The notes below the pieces were generated by a model, which saw nothing but the letters and a program-made list of their open reading frames with translations, ran no database searches and had not been told where the DNA came from. Of a stretch of DNA of 64,000 bases, positions 54,291 through 63,640 are shown one piece after another. The stretch is taken from NCBI GenBank assembly GCA_964633115.1, contig CAZWEO010000003.1:46137-110136 (forward strand), written 5' to 3'. This DNA is from an uncultured Desulfobacterales bacterium (lineage in GTDB: Bacteria; Desulfobacterota; Desulfobacteria; Desulfobacterales; B30-G6). The position numbers and the translations under genes are program-made. The first letter of the stretch is position 1. The number at the start of each line of letters is the position of its first letter.

Positions 54291-55422
54291 AGGTCAGCTT
54301 CTCACCGCAACTACTGCAAAACTTAGCATCCGCCAAATTTTCGCCGCCGCATCCGCCGCAAAATTTGGGTGCTGGTTTTTCTTCGGCTGGATGTCCGCAG
54401 CGCGAGCAGAACTTGGCGTTGGCCGTTAGATTTTTATTGCAATGGGTACACTGCCGGATGACCAATTGCTGGTGGCCACAGTACAAACAGAATTTGGCAT
54501 CAGCCGGAATTTCATTGTGACACTCCTGGCATTCGGTTGCATCGGTGGCCGCCTGTGGGGGAGTCTTTCCGTCCGCGCTGAAATAACGCGCAAACATGGC
54601 CGGCATCATCAGGCCCATACTGGTACCCATGCCCATGCCTGCGCCTGAAGATTCTGCTTCCGATGCTTTTTCCATGGCCATGGCTGCCTTCATTTGCATG
54701 AGCTTGTTCATATCGTCAAAAACACCCATGCGACTGCGATCGTCTATGGCTTCCTGGACTTCTGGCGGGGGTGTAATCGAATTCAGATACAGATGCGTTA
54801 AGGCCAGACCAAAATGGCTAAAATCTTCTTGCAAACGTTTGGCAAGGCCTTCGGAAAGTTCATCATATTTGGCAGGCAGATTTAGAATGGAATCAATGGT
54901 TTCACCCATGTAATCGTTAAATCGGGACACTATTACACGATTAAGATATTCCTCGACTTCTTCAGTGGTATAGATCCCCTGGGTGCCCACCATGCTGTTA
55001 ACGAACAAAACTGGCTGGACAATTTGCAAATTGAATATGCCAAAAGCCCGTAGACGGATCAAACCCAACTCGCTGTCTTTGAATGCCACGGGATCACGGG
55101 TGCCCCATTTAAGATTGGTGAAAATCTTTAAATTGATGAAATAAACTTCCGCACGCAGAGGGCTATTCATGGCCCAGGGGATACTGGCAATCTTAGTTAA
55201 AATAGGTATGTTGCCGGTTTTGAGGGTATGACGGCCGGCACCAAAAGCCTCAATGGCTTTGCCTTTATAAAAAAAGACCCCAGCCTGGCTTTCCCGTATG
55301 GTTAATTGGGCGCCGTATTTAATTTCCCCGGAGCCATTTTCCGGAATTCTGTGAACCAGTTCTTTTCCGGTGTCATCAAACCATTCCAGGTTTTCTAAAA
55401 AGATAACATTGTCAGTACCCAT
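54289..55422 (-). CDS. SPFH/Band-7 domain protein with triple C-terminal zinc ribbons (YdjI/COG4260-like)
   Basis: N-terminal SPFH-like fold region; C-terminus CQECHNEIPADAKFCLYCG / CTHCNKNLTANAKFCSRCG / CGGCGGENLADAKFCSSCG. Confidence 0.75.
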   Translation of the reverse strand: MGTDNVIFLENLEWFDDTGKELVHRIPENGSGEIKYGAQLTIRESQAGVFFYKGKAIEAFGAGRHTLKTGNIPILTKIASIPWAMNSPLRAEVYFINLKIFTNLKWGTRDPVAFKDSELGLIRLRAFGIFNLQIVQPVLFVNSMVGTQGIYTTEEVEEYLNRVIVSRFNDYMGETIDSILNLPAKYDELSEGLAKRLQEDFSHFGLALTHLYLNSITPPPEVQEAIDDRSRMGVFDDMNKLMQMKAAMAMEKASEAESSGAGMGMGTSMGLMMPAMFARYFSADGKTPPQAATDATECQECHNEIPADAKFCLYCGHQQLVIRQCTHCNKNLTANAKFCSRCGHPAEEKPAPKFCGGCGGENLADAKFCSSCGEKLT

Positions 55423-55487
55423 GTTTTTATGCTCCTTTAGAGATCGTTTGGTTATAAGCTAGTTAGCAGTCAGGGTCGGAACCAAAT

Positions 55488-57170
55488 TCAGGAAATATCA
55501 ATCTGATCTGGTTTCATGTGGGTTTGGGCATATTGCTTCAACAGGTCGCTGTTGATCACCAGGTCGTGCAAATTGGGGTCGATATGCCGTTCTGCTTTAA
55601 GTACCGATAAAATTTTGATGGCCTGGGTAAGTTTCATGGGTTTTTTATAGGGGCGGTCTTTGGCCGTCAAGGCCTCAAAAATATCAGCGACTGCCATGAT
55701 ACGCGATTGCAAGGGCAGCTGTTCTTCACGCAGGTTCCGGGGGTATCCGGACCCATCCAATCTTTCATGATGCCCGGCAGCATATTCCGGCACCATCTCG
55801 TACATCCTGGGAAAGCGAAGTTCTTTGAGCATTTTAAAGGTAACTTCGGCATGATTTTCGATGATTTTGCGTTCATCCTGTGTCAGGGTACCTTTGCGAA
55901 TGCTCAGATTTTTGACTTCATCGGTATTGAGGTAAGGCTTTTGGCTGTCATTAAATTGGTAGGTCTTTGCTGCAATGGCACTAAGCTGTTGGACTTTTTC
56001 GTCATCTAAAAATTCGTTACCCTGATTGGCGCTCCTTAACAATTCGAAATCATTGGAAAGCAATTCCAGCTGTTGGATTTTTTCGCGATCAAGTTTGGCG
56101 CCCGTATCGGTATTCCATTCACCCTTGGCTGCCAGCTCCAGTTTGTGTTTTAAAAAGTCGTTTTCAATGGTAGCAGCAATCAGTTCGAATCGGGTTTCGA
56201 TAAATTCTATTCGATCTGTAAAAGCATGTAGCTTGGTGGCTTTATCGACGATAATTTCCGGGGTCGTGATTTTACCGATATCATGCATCCACGCTGCCAA
56301 CCTTAATTCTTCCATTTCGTCTTCATTGAAATGAATGTCTTCAAAAGGTGGCACGTTGGTATCGTTGATCAATTGCGCGATCATCATGGTTAAATCAACT
56401 ACCCGATTGATATGGCCACCCGTAAAAGGCGACTTCTCATCCATCGCGGTGGCAATGCTTTTGATAAAGGAATAAAAAAGATCGGTCAGATTTTGAATCA
56501 GCTGAGAATTGGTGAGTGTCACCGCTGCTTGTGAAGCCAGGGAAACAACCAGCTCGATATCATCGGCTGAAAAGGATATGACCTGCCCGCTATCTGAATC
56601 TTGGGCGTTTAGAAGTTGCAACACACCAATGATTTCATTTTCGTGATTTTGCAGGGCGATTACCAGCATCGATTTGGATCGGTACCCGGTGGTCTTGTCA
56701 TATTCACGTGGTCCGGAGAAATCAAATCCATCCGCATCATAAACATCGGGGATGCTGATGGTCTCGCCGGTCAAGGCCACATGTGAGGAAACATTGGTGT
56801 GGTTGGGATTGCCCTGCTCGTCGGTCAGCGGTACGCTGGGAAGGTCCACTGGCTTACCACTGGTCCCGCCAAGCCGGACATTCATGTTGTCGCTTTGCAG
56901 GATTTGAAACTGAAGACAGTTATTGTCTTTGTCGAGGATATAAAGCGTCCCGGCATCTGCATTGGTCAGGCTACGGGCCTCGTCGACGATCATTTCAAGT
57001 AGTTTATGGATATTTTTTTCAACCGAGAGGGCCGTGCCAATGCGTGTGATTTCCTTAAGATGCTTAACAAGCCGATTTTCATGAGTATCATACTGGGCTG
57101 ACACATAGGTATACGGGCTGATGCTTTCTTGGGAAGAGCCCGAAGGTTCGAACCCTTTTGGGGAACTCAT
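55488..57170 (-). CDS. GAF + HD-GYP-type phosphohydrolase with long insert between HD and GYP motifs
   Basis: GAF-like IVDEARSLTNADAGTLYILD; HINRVVDL, AAWMHDIGKITTPEIIVDKATKL, then about 165 aa later AAGHHERLDGSGYPRNL, VADIFEALTAKDRPYKK. Confidence 0.8.
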   Translation of the reverse strand: MSSPKGFEPSGSSQESISPYTYVSAQYDTHENRLVKHLKEITRIGTALSVEKNIHKLLEMIVDEARSLTNADAGTLYILDKDNNCLQFQILQSDNMNVRLGGTSGKPVDLPSVPLTDEQGNPNHTNVSSHVALTGETISIPDVYDADGFDFSGPREYDKTTGYRSKSMLVIALQNHENEIIGVLQLLNAQDSDSGQVISFSADDIELVVSLASQAAVTLTNSQLIQNLTDLFYSFIKSIATAMDEKSPFTGGHINRVVDLTMMIAQLINDTNVPPFEDIHFNEDEMEELRLAAWMHDIGKITTPEIIVDKATKLHAFTDRIEFIETRFELIAATIENDFLKHKLELAAKGEWNTDTGAKLDREKIQQLELLSNDFELLRSANQGNEFLDDEKVQQLSAIAAKTYQFNDSQKPYLNTDEVKNLSIRKGTLTQDERKIIENHAEVTFKMLKELRFPRMYEMVPEYAAGHHERLDGSGYPRNLREEQLPLQSRIMAVADIFEALTAKDRPYKKPMKLTQAIKILSVLKAERHIDPNLHDLVINSDLLKQYAQTHMKPDQIDIS

Positions 57171-57493
57171 ATTCTTACTCCAGAGTGTGTATGATATGCC
57201 AATTACCTGTGAGATTCACGCCTTACGCAATCTGCTACTATATCACAATAGGATAAGAAGTGTAAATACTTAGGAGTGTTAATGTGAAGTAAAGTGAATT
57301 GAACAGAATGAAATGTGTAATTAATAGGTTATGTCAATTTGTATCACAGGATGAAACAGGGTGAAAATAGCTTAAATAGGGGGGGAAGATTGCATACCTG
57401 TTGACGATTTGTTGACCAAAAATGGATGTATTAAAAAACATGAAGTGTCAATTCGTCGACCCTGCTAATGCTCTTTGGGATAAAATCTTAGTG

Positions 57494-57631
57494 CTAATCT
57501 TTTCGCCTATCTGTGCCACTTCTTCTATCTTTTAGAGTTCTTCTTTCGGGAATATAGAAGGCATAAGAGAAAGCCCTTCGATCTGTACCCGATCTTCTAC
57601 CACCGCTATCAGGGAGTTCTGCCCTTTTCAT
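57494..57631 (-). CDS. 45-aa arginine-rich peptide with duplicated RRSGTDRR motif
   Basis: MKRAELPDSGGRRSGTDRRAFSYAFYIPERRTLKDRRSGTDRRKD; ATG overlaps stop of upstream membrane ORF (ATGA). Confidence 0.4.
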   Translation of the reverse strand: MKRAELPDSGGRRSGTDRRAFSYAFYIPERRTLKDRRSGTDRRKD

Positions 57632-57882
57632 TTTGTGTATTTCCCAGATCGCTTCCTTGAAACTGAAATGATGCCGATAAAACCAATACAAAGGAGAAAA
57701 AATAACGAAAGTAGGTCTATTTCGATGAGTTCTAATGCCCCTAAATAATCAAAAGTACCTAAATATGGGACTATATCACCACCACCCGAATAGTTGCTAA
57801 TGATCAGTCTATCAGAAATTACTGGATCACCGATTAGAAGAACCAATATCAAAACAAATAATGCGCTGTAGGCTGGCTTCAT
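57628..57882 (-). CDS. Small two-TM membrane protein (84 aa)
   Basis: MKPAYSALFVLILVLLIG... and LLSLFFLLCIGFIGIISV hydrophobic helices; own promoter region after the rpe terminator. Confidence 0.45.
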   Translation of the reverse strand: MKPAYSALFVLILVLLIGDPVISDRLIISNYSGGGDIVPYLGTFDYLGALELIEIDLLSLFFLLCIGFIGIISVSRKRSGKYTK

Positions 57883-58010
57883 TGATCCACTTTTTCTATT
57901 CTGGATAAACGAATTTATATCAAAATATAGGGATTTGGAGCGTCAGTAACACAATATATTGGATATTTCAATGAAAAAACTCACGGGAGAGGCAACCGGT
58001 CCTACATAGT

Positions 58011-58039
58011 AAAAAAGCAGGGTCATATTTGGCCCTGCT
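58011..58039 (-). terminator. Rho-independent terminator downstream of rpe
   Basis: Minus strand agcagggcc-aaatat-gaccctgct followed by tttttt. Confidence 0.7.
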
Positions 58040-58210
58040 CATGTTCTTTGAAAAATTGATTTCTAAATTGCGTTTTTGAAAAGATCTATTTTGGAGGATT
58101 TAAGTATTCTTTGCCTTCTATCGTTATTATTTCTTCGATCAAAAATATCCCTTTTTTCCGGGCCTGTATATCCTTGCTTGTTTGGAGCCAGGAACCCACA
58201 GCACAGAAAA

Positions 58211-58867
58211 CTATCCTGTTATTATCTCTCTAAAATTTGCAATAGTCTTGGCATAATCGGGGCTTTTGAATATGGCAGACCCGGCCACAAAAACATCAGC
58301 GCCGGCAGCAGAAATATCGGCGATGGTTTTCTGGTTGACACCACCATCTATTTCAATAAGCGTTTCAAGCTGTTGACCTTCAATAAGCTGTTTGAGAGCT
58401 CTGATTTTTTCGAGAGTACTGGCAATAAACTTTTGACCTCCAAAGCCGGGATTTACGCTCATGAGCATGACATGGTAAACATTGACCAATTCCCATTTCA
58501 AAGTGGAGAGCGGGGTGGCGGGGTTTAATACTACGCCAGCCTTGGCACCAGCTTCCTTAATCATCTGAATCGTACGATTCAAATGCACGCAGGCTTCTAC
58601 CTGAACAGATATCAAGTCAGATCCGGCGTCTATAAAGTCCTGGATATACCTTTCCGGCTTTTCGATCATGAGGTGGACATCCAAGGGCAGATCGGTTGCT
58701 TTGCGGGCGGCTTCCACGATCAAGGGGCCGATGGTAATATTGGGTACAAAATGACCGTCCATTACATCAATGTGAATCCAGTCAGCCCCTGCGGCTTCAA
58801 CCGCCTTGATTTCCTCGCCTAATCTTGCAAAATCTGCCGATAGAATGGATGGCGCAATCAGTTTCAC
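58211..58867 (-). CDS. rpe: Ribulose-phosphate 3-epimerase
   Basis: VKLIAPSILSADFARLGEE, HIDVMDGHFVPN, MSVNPGFGGQKF; GTG 58867 gives typical about 218 aa (ORF-track start 58960 runs into a repeat). Confidence 0.9.
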   Translation of the reverse strand: MKLIAPSILSADFARLGEEIKAVEAAGADWIHIDVMDGHFVPNITIGPLIVEAARKATDLPLDVHLMIEKPERYIQDFIDAGSDLISVQVEACVHLNRTIQMIKEAGAKAGVVLNPATPLSTLKWELVNVYHVMLMSVNPGFGGQKFIASTLEKIRALKQLIEGQQLETLIEIDGGVNQKTIADISAAGADVFVAGSAIFKSPDYAKTIANFREIITG

Positions 58868-59011
58868 GAGTCGATTCCTTTTTGCTTCAAATTTGCTGAT
58901 TCCCCGCTGCGGCTCGACTGAGGCCTTTGAGTAAGCATCAGCCAAATTCCCCGCCGTCAAGTCTTGCAGGTCATGTCATCATCAAATTGGGATAAGTTCC
59001 TTATCAGGGTA

Positions 59012-59200
59012 AAAGTGCGGTGCTTCTGCCCGAAAAGGCCAACACAAAGATTTCGTAATACCCTGTAAGGACGCGACTTGAGCTCGTCGACAAGTCTTGC
59101 TGCAGGGTTAGAAATCTTAGCCGTTTGCCACGTAGCGACGATGCCTTTCGCTCTGCGGCGAAAGGTACGCGTTTTCATAAAATCGTTTCTACGATTTTAT
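59012..59200. repeat. Modular multi-hairpin intergenic repeat, copy C (full length)
   Basis: aaagtgcggtgc...cgtaataccctgta[nested hairpin gacttg..caagtc]cttgctgcaggg...agcgacgatgcctttcgctctgcggcgaaaggtacgcgttttcataaaatcgtttctacgattttatt. Confidence 0.8.
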
Positions 59201-59336
59201 TTTTTGTTGAAAGCGATGTAGCGGTTTTGGGGGGAATTTTCAAGCACGAATACCTTTTATCCTTCTTTTCGACCTGATTTCCACAAAATCGAACTGTTCC
59301 ACTATGAATCCCAAAGGCTATTAGGCGCTACATAGT

Positions 59337-60311
59337 TCAGGGTGTGTTTATAACCTGTGTCTTTATAAGCTCCCCATCTTCATAAAGGAAAAGAGTGGCA
59401 ACGCTTGTGGTGGGAACCAGCAACCAGACTTCTTCCCCAGGGCTCATAAAATTGTTATATAATTCGCTGGACACGCCCATGCTATCAAGACGGATTTGAA
59501 TATGTTTTTTTAGAAAACCAGCTTCTAATTTGTATTGGAAGAATCCAGAATGCAAACCCAGATCTGTTTCTGCTTTTTGGCGCGAACCGGGCTTGCGGTT
59601 AACCACCAGGTCCACAGCTGATTTTTCTAAAATGCGGTATCCAGATTTGGGATACTGCCCCACAATAATATTGTCAGATTGACTGGGTTGATAGGCATAG
59701 CTGAATCGACCGACCTGCAAATGACTGCGTTCAATCAGTACAACCGCTTCATCTAAGGACAATCCTTTCAGGTCTAGCATCTGATAGGCACGGGCACGCG
59801 TCCCTTGGCTAACCAGCAGGTGTACGCAACGATCACGTTCCACCAGGTTGCCGTAGGAAGGGGTCTGCGACAGCACAATATCTTTATTGAACATTTCATC
59901 GGCAAATACATAGGTTTCGTGTCCTAGGCACAGACCGCTTTCCTCAACCACCAAGCGTGCCTGGCGTAAGGCTATCCCAATGATATTGGGCATGGTAATG
60001 ACTTTGGGCCCCTTGGAAAGCAGTATTCTGATATCTCGGCCTTTTTTTATTTCAGCGCCCGGGCTTGGGTCCTGCAGAATAACATGGTTTTTGGGGAAGC
60101 TATCATCATACTCAGAGCCCCCGATCTTGGTGTTCAGCCCCAAATCGGTGAGCAATTCCAGGGAATAGACAACATCTTTTCCCAATAGGTCTGGCACAAC
60201 CACCGTGTCTTCGCTCTTGATGATAAATGTCAGGGTGAGATAGGCGCTGGCACCGGTAACAATCAAAAAGGCGATTAATAAAAGACCTATTTTGGCGAAG
60301 CGTTTAATCAT
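59337..60311 (-). CDS. PASTA-domain membrane protein
   Basis: N-terminal TM then three PASTA-like repeats (VVPDLLGKDVVYSLELLTDLGL..., MPNIIGIALRQARLVVEESGL..., MLDLKGLSLDEAVVLIERSHL...). Confidence 0.8.
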   Translation of the reverse strand: MIKRFAKIGLLLIAFLIVTGASAYLTLTFIIKSEDTVVVPDLLGKDVVYSLELLTDLGLNTKIGGSEYDDSFPKNHVILQDPSPGAEIKKGRDIRILLSKGPKVITMPNIIGIALRQARLVVEESGLCLGHETYVFADEMFNKDIVLSQTPSYGNLVERDRCVHLLVSQGTRARAYQMLDLKGLSLDEAVVLIERSHLQVGRFSYAYQPSQSDNIIVGQYPKSGYRILEKSAVDLVVNRKPGSRQKAETDLGLHSGFFQYKLEAGFLKKHIQIRLDSMGVSSELYNNFMSPGEEVWLLVPTTSVATLFLYEDGELIKTQVINTP

Positions 60312-61669
60312 GATTTTCGTATGAAGCGAACGGCGAAAAACCCATCCATATTGCCGGTGGGTGGATAGGTTCTGAAATAACCGTCCGCATCGACAAAAGA
60401 TTTCAGATTGGAAGGAATGTCAGGGGATTTTTCAACTGTGAAATTCGGACAGTCCTGCTGGAAGGTAGTCGCCACGTGTTCATTTTCTTCCGGTTCCAAA
60501 CTGCAAACAACGTACTGTAAAATTCCACCGATTTTCACTTGGGGTGCCAAGACTTTTAAAAAGGCAGTTTGACGTCGATGGTAGGTTTGCAGATCCATCT
60601 TAGATCGGATCCACTTGGCATCCGGATTGCGGCGGATTACGCCCAAACCTGAACAAGGCGCATCCAGTAAAATGCGATCAAACTTTCTACGGGGCGTACG
60701 GTCAAACGGTTGGGTCAAGTCATGCGAGTTCGTGGTCACAATGGATATACCCAAATGCATCATCTCAGCTCGAAGTTGCGCCAGCCGCCTTTTATGATTG
60801 TCCATGGCGATAATTCGGCCCTGGTTTGACATGAGCTGGGCTATGTGGCCTGTTTTTCCGCCTAAACCAGCACAGGCATCCAAAATGTTATCTTGGGGCT
60901 GTGGATTGAAAAACTGGGAGACCAATTGCGCGGCTTCATCTTGAACCTGAAACCATCCGCTTTGATAGGATGACAATTTTGCAACCGGAAGTATGGGCCG
61001 GTAAAAAGATATCCCCACATCAGAGTAGGTGGTTACCTGAACATCTTCAGCTTCATGTTGTAGCAAAGCGATCAAGCGGTCGCGGTCTGTTTTAAGCAAA
61101 TTGGTGCGTACTGTTATAGGTGGGATGACGTTGGCCGCTTCACACAAGGCTATGGTTTCTTGGTCACTAAAGCGTTTCAGCCACCGTTTAACGAGCCATT
61201 CTGGAAAGGCATAGGTGGCCGCAATGGCTTCTACTTGATTTCGCTTAAAATCGGGGAACACCACCTCGCCGACGCCGACACTGGCTTTGCGTAACACAGC
61301 ATTGACGTAGCGAACCGTGCGGACATCCGCAACCGACTTAGCCAATTCAACAGATGTATTCACGGCGGCGGAAACCGGCACGCGGGTAAGGTGTAGAATT
61401 TGAAAAAGCCCCAGCCGTAGGATATTAAGAACTTTGGGGTCGATCTTATCGATTTTAATGTGAGAGAAATGTTTGATAATCCAGTCCAGCCGACCGCGCC
61501 ATCTCAAAACACCGTACACCAAGTTGTGAATGAAGGCTTTATCCTGCTTGGACTGGCTTCCGGAACTAAACACAGATTCAATGATACCATCGACGGGCAC
61601 TTCCTGACTATCCCGTTCGTTCAAGATTTGCAACGCGTTATGACGAGCTTCATCCCTGGTTTTTTTCAT
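60308..61669 (-). CDS. rsmB: 16S rRNA (cytosine967-C5)-methyltransferase RsmB
   Basis: NusB-like N-domain, SAM motif LDACAGLGGKTGH, DRILLDAPCSGLGVIRRNPD, YVVCSLEPEENE; ATG 61669 forms ATGA overlap with fmt stop. Confidence 0.9.
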   Translation of the reverse strand: MKKTRDEARHNALQILNERDSQEVPVDGIIESVFSSGSQSKQDKAFIHNLVYGVLRWRGRLDWIIKHFSHIKIDKIDPKVLNILRLGLFQILHLTRVPVSAAVNTSVELAKSVADVRTVRYVNAVLRKASVGVGEVVFPDFKRNQVEAIAATYAFPEWLVKRWLKRFSDQETIALCEAANVIPPITVRTNLLKTDRDRLIALLQHEAEDVQVTTYSDVGISFYRPILPVAKLSSYQSGWFQVQDEAAQLVSQFFNPQPQDNILDACAGLGGKTGHIAQLMSNQGRIIAMDNHKRRLAQLRAEMMHLGISIVTTNSHDLTQPFDRTPRRKFDRILLDAPCSGLGVIRRNPDAKWIRSKMDLQTYHRRQTAFLKVLAPQVKIGGILQYVVCSLEPEENEHVATTFQQDCPNFTVEKSPDIPSNLKSFVDADGYFRTYPPTGNMDGFFAVRFIRKS

Positions 61670-62649
61670 GTTAGGACCGTGCCAGTCTCCATGCTGCATC
61701 CACACAGATAATCTTTTGTGGCCATGCATTTACCGGAGGCGCCTTGTAATTCTTCGATCAGGAGTGCACCCTTGCCGGTGGCTACCAGTAATTCATCTGG
61801 AAATGACATCAATACGGTACCGGGAGCTTCCTGGGTTTTTTTGTCAAGATGCTTGGATTTGTAGATTTTCAATCGCCGGTCATCACAAAAAGTGAAGGCG
61901 CCAGGCCAGGGCGTGACGCCGCGTATAAAGTTTTCGATATTCTGGGCAGGTAGTTCCCAATTGATACGCCCGTCTCCTTTTTTGAGGAGAGGCGCATAAG
62001 AGGCTTTCGAAGGATCTTGGGGTTTTGGATCAATTTTTCCCATGAGCAATTTTTCAACCGTTTCTAACAGCAAGTTGGCGCCCTCCTTGGCCAAGGTGTC
62101 ATGCAGGGTTGCAGCGGTATCACTTGGTTCTACAGCCACGGTGGAAGCAAGGAGGATGTCGCCGGTATCCATGCCTGCATCCATGGCCATAGTGGTAACA
62201 CCGGTTTCGCTTTCACCTTTTATGAGGGCCCACTGAATCGGGGCGGCACCGCGATAACGCGGTAACAGAGAGGCGTGAACATTGATAGCATGATAACGTG
62301 GCATACTAATTAGACTAAGCGGTAGAATTTGTCCGAAGGCGACAACCACAAGCAAATCTGGCTCCAAATCGCTGATAACATCATGAACTTCTGGCGTGTG
62401 TACACGTTCTGGTTGCAGCAAATCATAGCCAAAGCGGACAGCAGCTTCTTTGACCGGCGAGGGCATAATTTTGCGTCCGCGACCCCGGGGTCGATCCGGC
62501 TGAGTCACCACCAAAGCAATTTCATGACGGCTTTCATGCAGGGCCTGCAAGGAAGGAACAGCAAAGTCAGGCGTACCCATGAATACAATTTTAAGCCCGG
62601 TTGCTTCGATAACTAATCCCCTTAAGTATAACCAAATAACATGCAACAA
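61666..62649 (-). CDS. fmt: Methionyl-tRNA formyltransferase
   Basis: KIVFMGTPDFAVPSL, INVHASLLPRYRGAAPIQWAL; start uncertain (TTG 62649 gives about 18-aa extension). Confidence 0.9.
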   Translation of the reverse strand: MLHVIWLYLRGLVIEATGLKIVFMGTPDFAVPSLQALHESRHEIALVVTQPDRPRGRGRKIMPSPVKEAAVRFGYDLLQPERVHTPEVHDVISDLEPDLLVVVAFGQILPLSLISMPRYHAINVHASLLPRYRGAAPIQWALIKGESETGVTTMAMDAGMDTGDILLASTVAVEPSDTAATLHDTLAKEGANLLLETVEKLLMGKIDPKPQDPSKASYAPLLKKGDGRINWELPAQNIENFIRGVTPWPGAFTFCDDRRLKIYKSKHLDKKTQEAPGTVLMSFPDELLVATGKGALLIEELQGASGKCMATKDYLCGCSMETGTVLT

Positions 62650-62717
62650 TGACTTGAACTTTTAGTCATAAAATATTTAATATTATTATTAAATATCATA
62701 TAATTGCCATGCAAGTT

Positions 62718-63230
62718 TTAGGTGTTCTTTTTGAGCTGCTTCTTAACCCGCCTGGCATAAAGTTGCCGTTTAAGTGGACTGATCCGGTCGATGAAGAGCC
62801 TGCCGTTTAGGTGATCGATTTCATGTTGCAGAACGATAGACAAAAAATCATGGGCCTCAAATCGAAGGGGATTGCCGTCTCGATCAACGGCCTCAACCAA
62901 AATAGAGGTAAAGCGTTTTACATCCGAGCGGTAATCCGGGACACTCAGACAGCCCTCATTTTCTGACAAGACTTCACCCTCGCTTTCGACAATGCGCGGG
63001 TTTATCAGAACGTGCAAAGAACGGTCTTCCTCTGTTGGTGCGATATCATAAATCAGCATACTCTTATCGATGCCCACCTGGATGGCCGCCAGACCGATTC
63101 CAGGCGCCTGATACATGGTCTCGCCCATATTTTGAATTATATCTTGCAACGCTCCGTCAATATCTTCAACCGGTTTAGTCGGTTCTTTTAAGAATTTGTC
63201 CGGAAATGTTACAATATCGAGTATCGCCAT
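62718..63230 (-). CDS. def: Peptide deformylase
   Basis: [25 protein letters not shown] motifs. Confidence 0.95.
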   Translation of the reverse strand: MAILDIVTFPDKFLKEPTKPVEDIDGALQDIIQNMGETMYQAPGIGLAAIQVGIDKSMLIYDIAPTEEDRSLHVLINPRIVESEGEVLSENEGCLSVPDYRSDVKRFTSILVEAVDRDGNPLRFEAHDFLSIVLQHEIDHLNGRLFIDRISPLKRQLYARRVKKQLKKNT

Positions 63231-63361
63231 GGAACACTCAGCTTTATGATTTTTTTACCTGATCCGATTTACGCCAGCTTTACTGATAGATAGTCATTAT
63301 ATCAAACACCAAGAGTGGTCAAGAGACCAAGGGTTTGAGGGTTCAAGCGTGGCTCGAAGCT

Positions 63362-63396
63362 TAAAACCTAAAACCTAAAACTTAACACTTAAAACC
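63362..63396. repeat. Heptanucleotide tandem repeat (5 units)
   Basis: taaaacc taaaacc taaaact taacact taaaacc. Confidence 0.85.
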
Positions 63397-63616
63397 AAAG
63401 ATATTATAGTCATTTAGATCGGATTTGCAATGGGCTGACACGAAGTCAAAAGGGTTACCCGTTCCTATATTGAGCGATTGTCGATGTTGCCGCAGGTACA
63501 AGGAAGATGTTGTTCGGCTTAATTCAGGTCTAAGACCAGAGGGATTAGACTGAATCGTGGTCAATGCAGGATAACATATGACACCGTAGATGCGGTGAGA
63601 TCGGCATTCCCAACAG

Positions 63617-63640
63617 GTTTCAAATTTTAAAATTTGAAAC
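63617..63640. repeat. Perfect 24-bp AT-rich palindrome (possible terminator/operator)
   Basis: gtttcaaatttt/aaaatttgaaac starting 3 nt after the stop of the partial membrane gene. Confidence 0.6.

Noticed and set aside
57371-57392. Sigma-54-like GGGGGGGAAGATTGCAT on the + strand
   Set aside because: Only the GG and TTGCA parts match, the -24 box is a G-run rather than TGGCAC, and no + strand gene lies downstream.
58076-58528. 150-aa + strand ORF
   Set aside because: It is antisense to rpe over most of its length and has no recognisable domain. The rpe call explains the region.
58957-59178. 73-aa minus-strand ORF upstream of rpe
   Set aside because: It is composed almost entirely of repeat copy C (hairpin modules) and is Arg-rich. 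The homologous repeat copies at 9401 and 44725 are not in ORFs.
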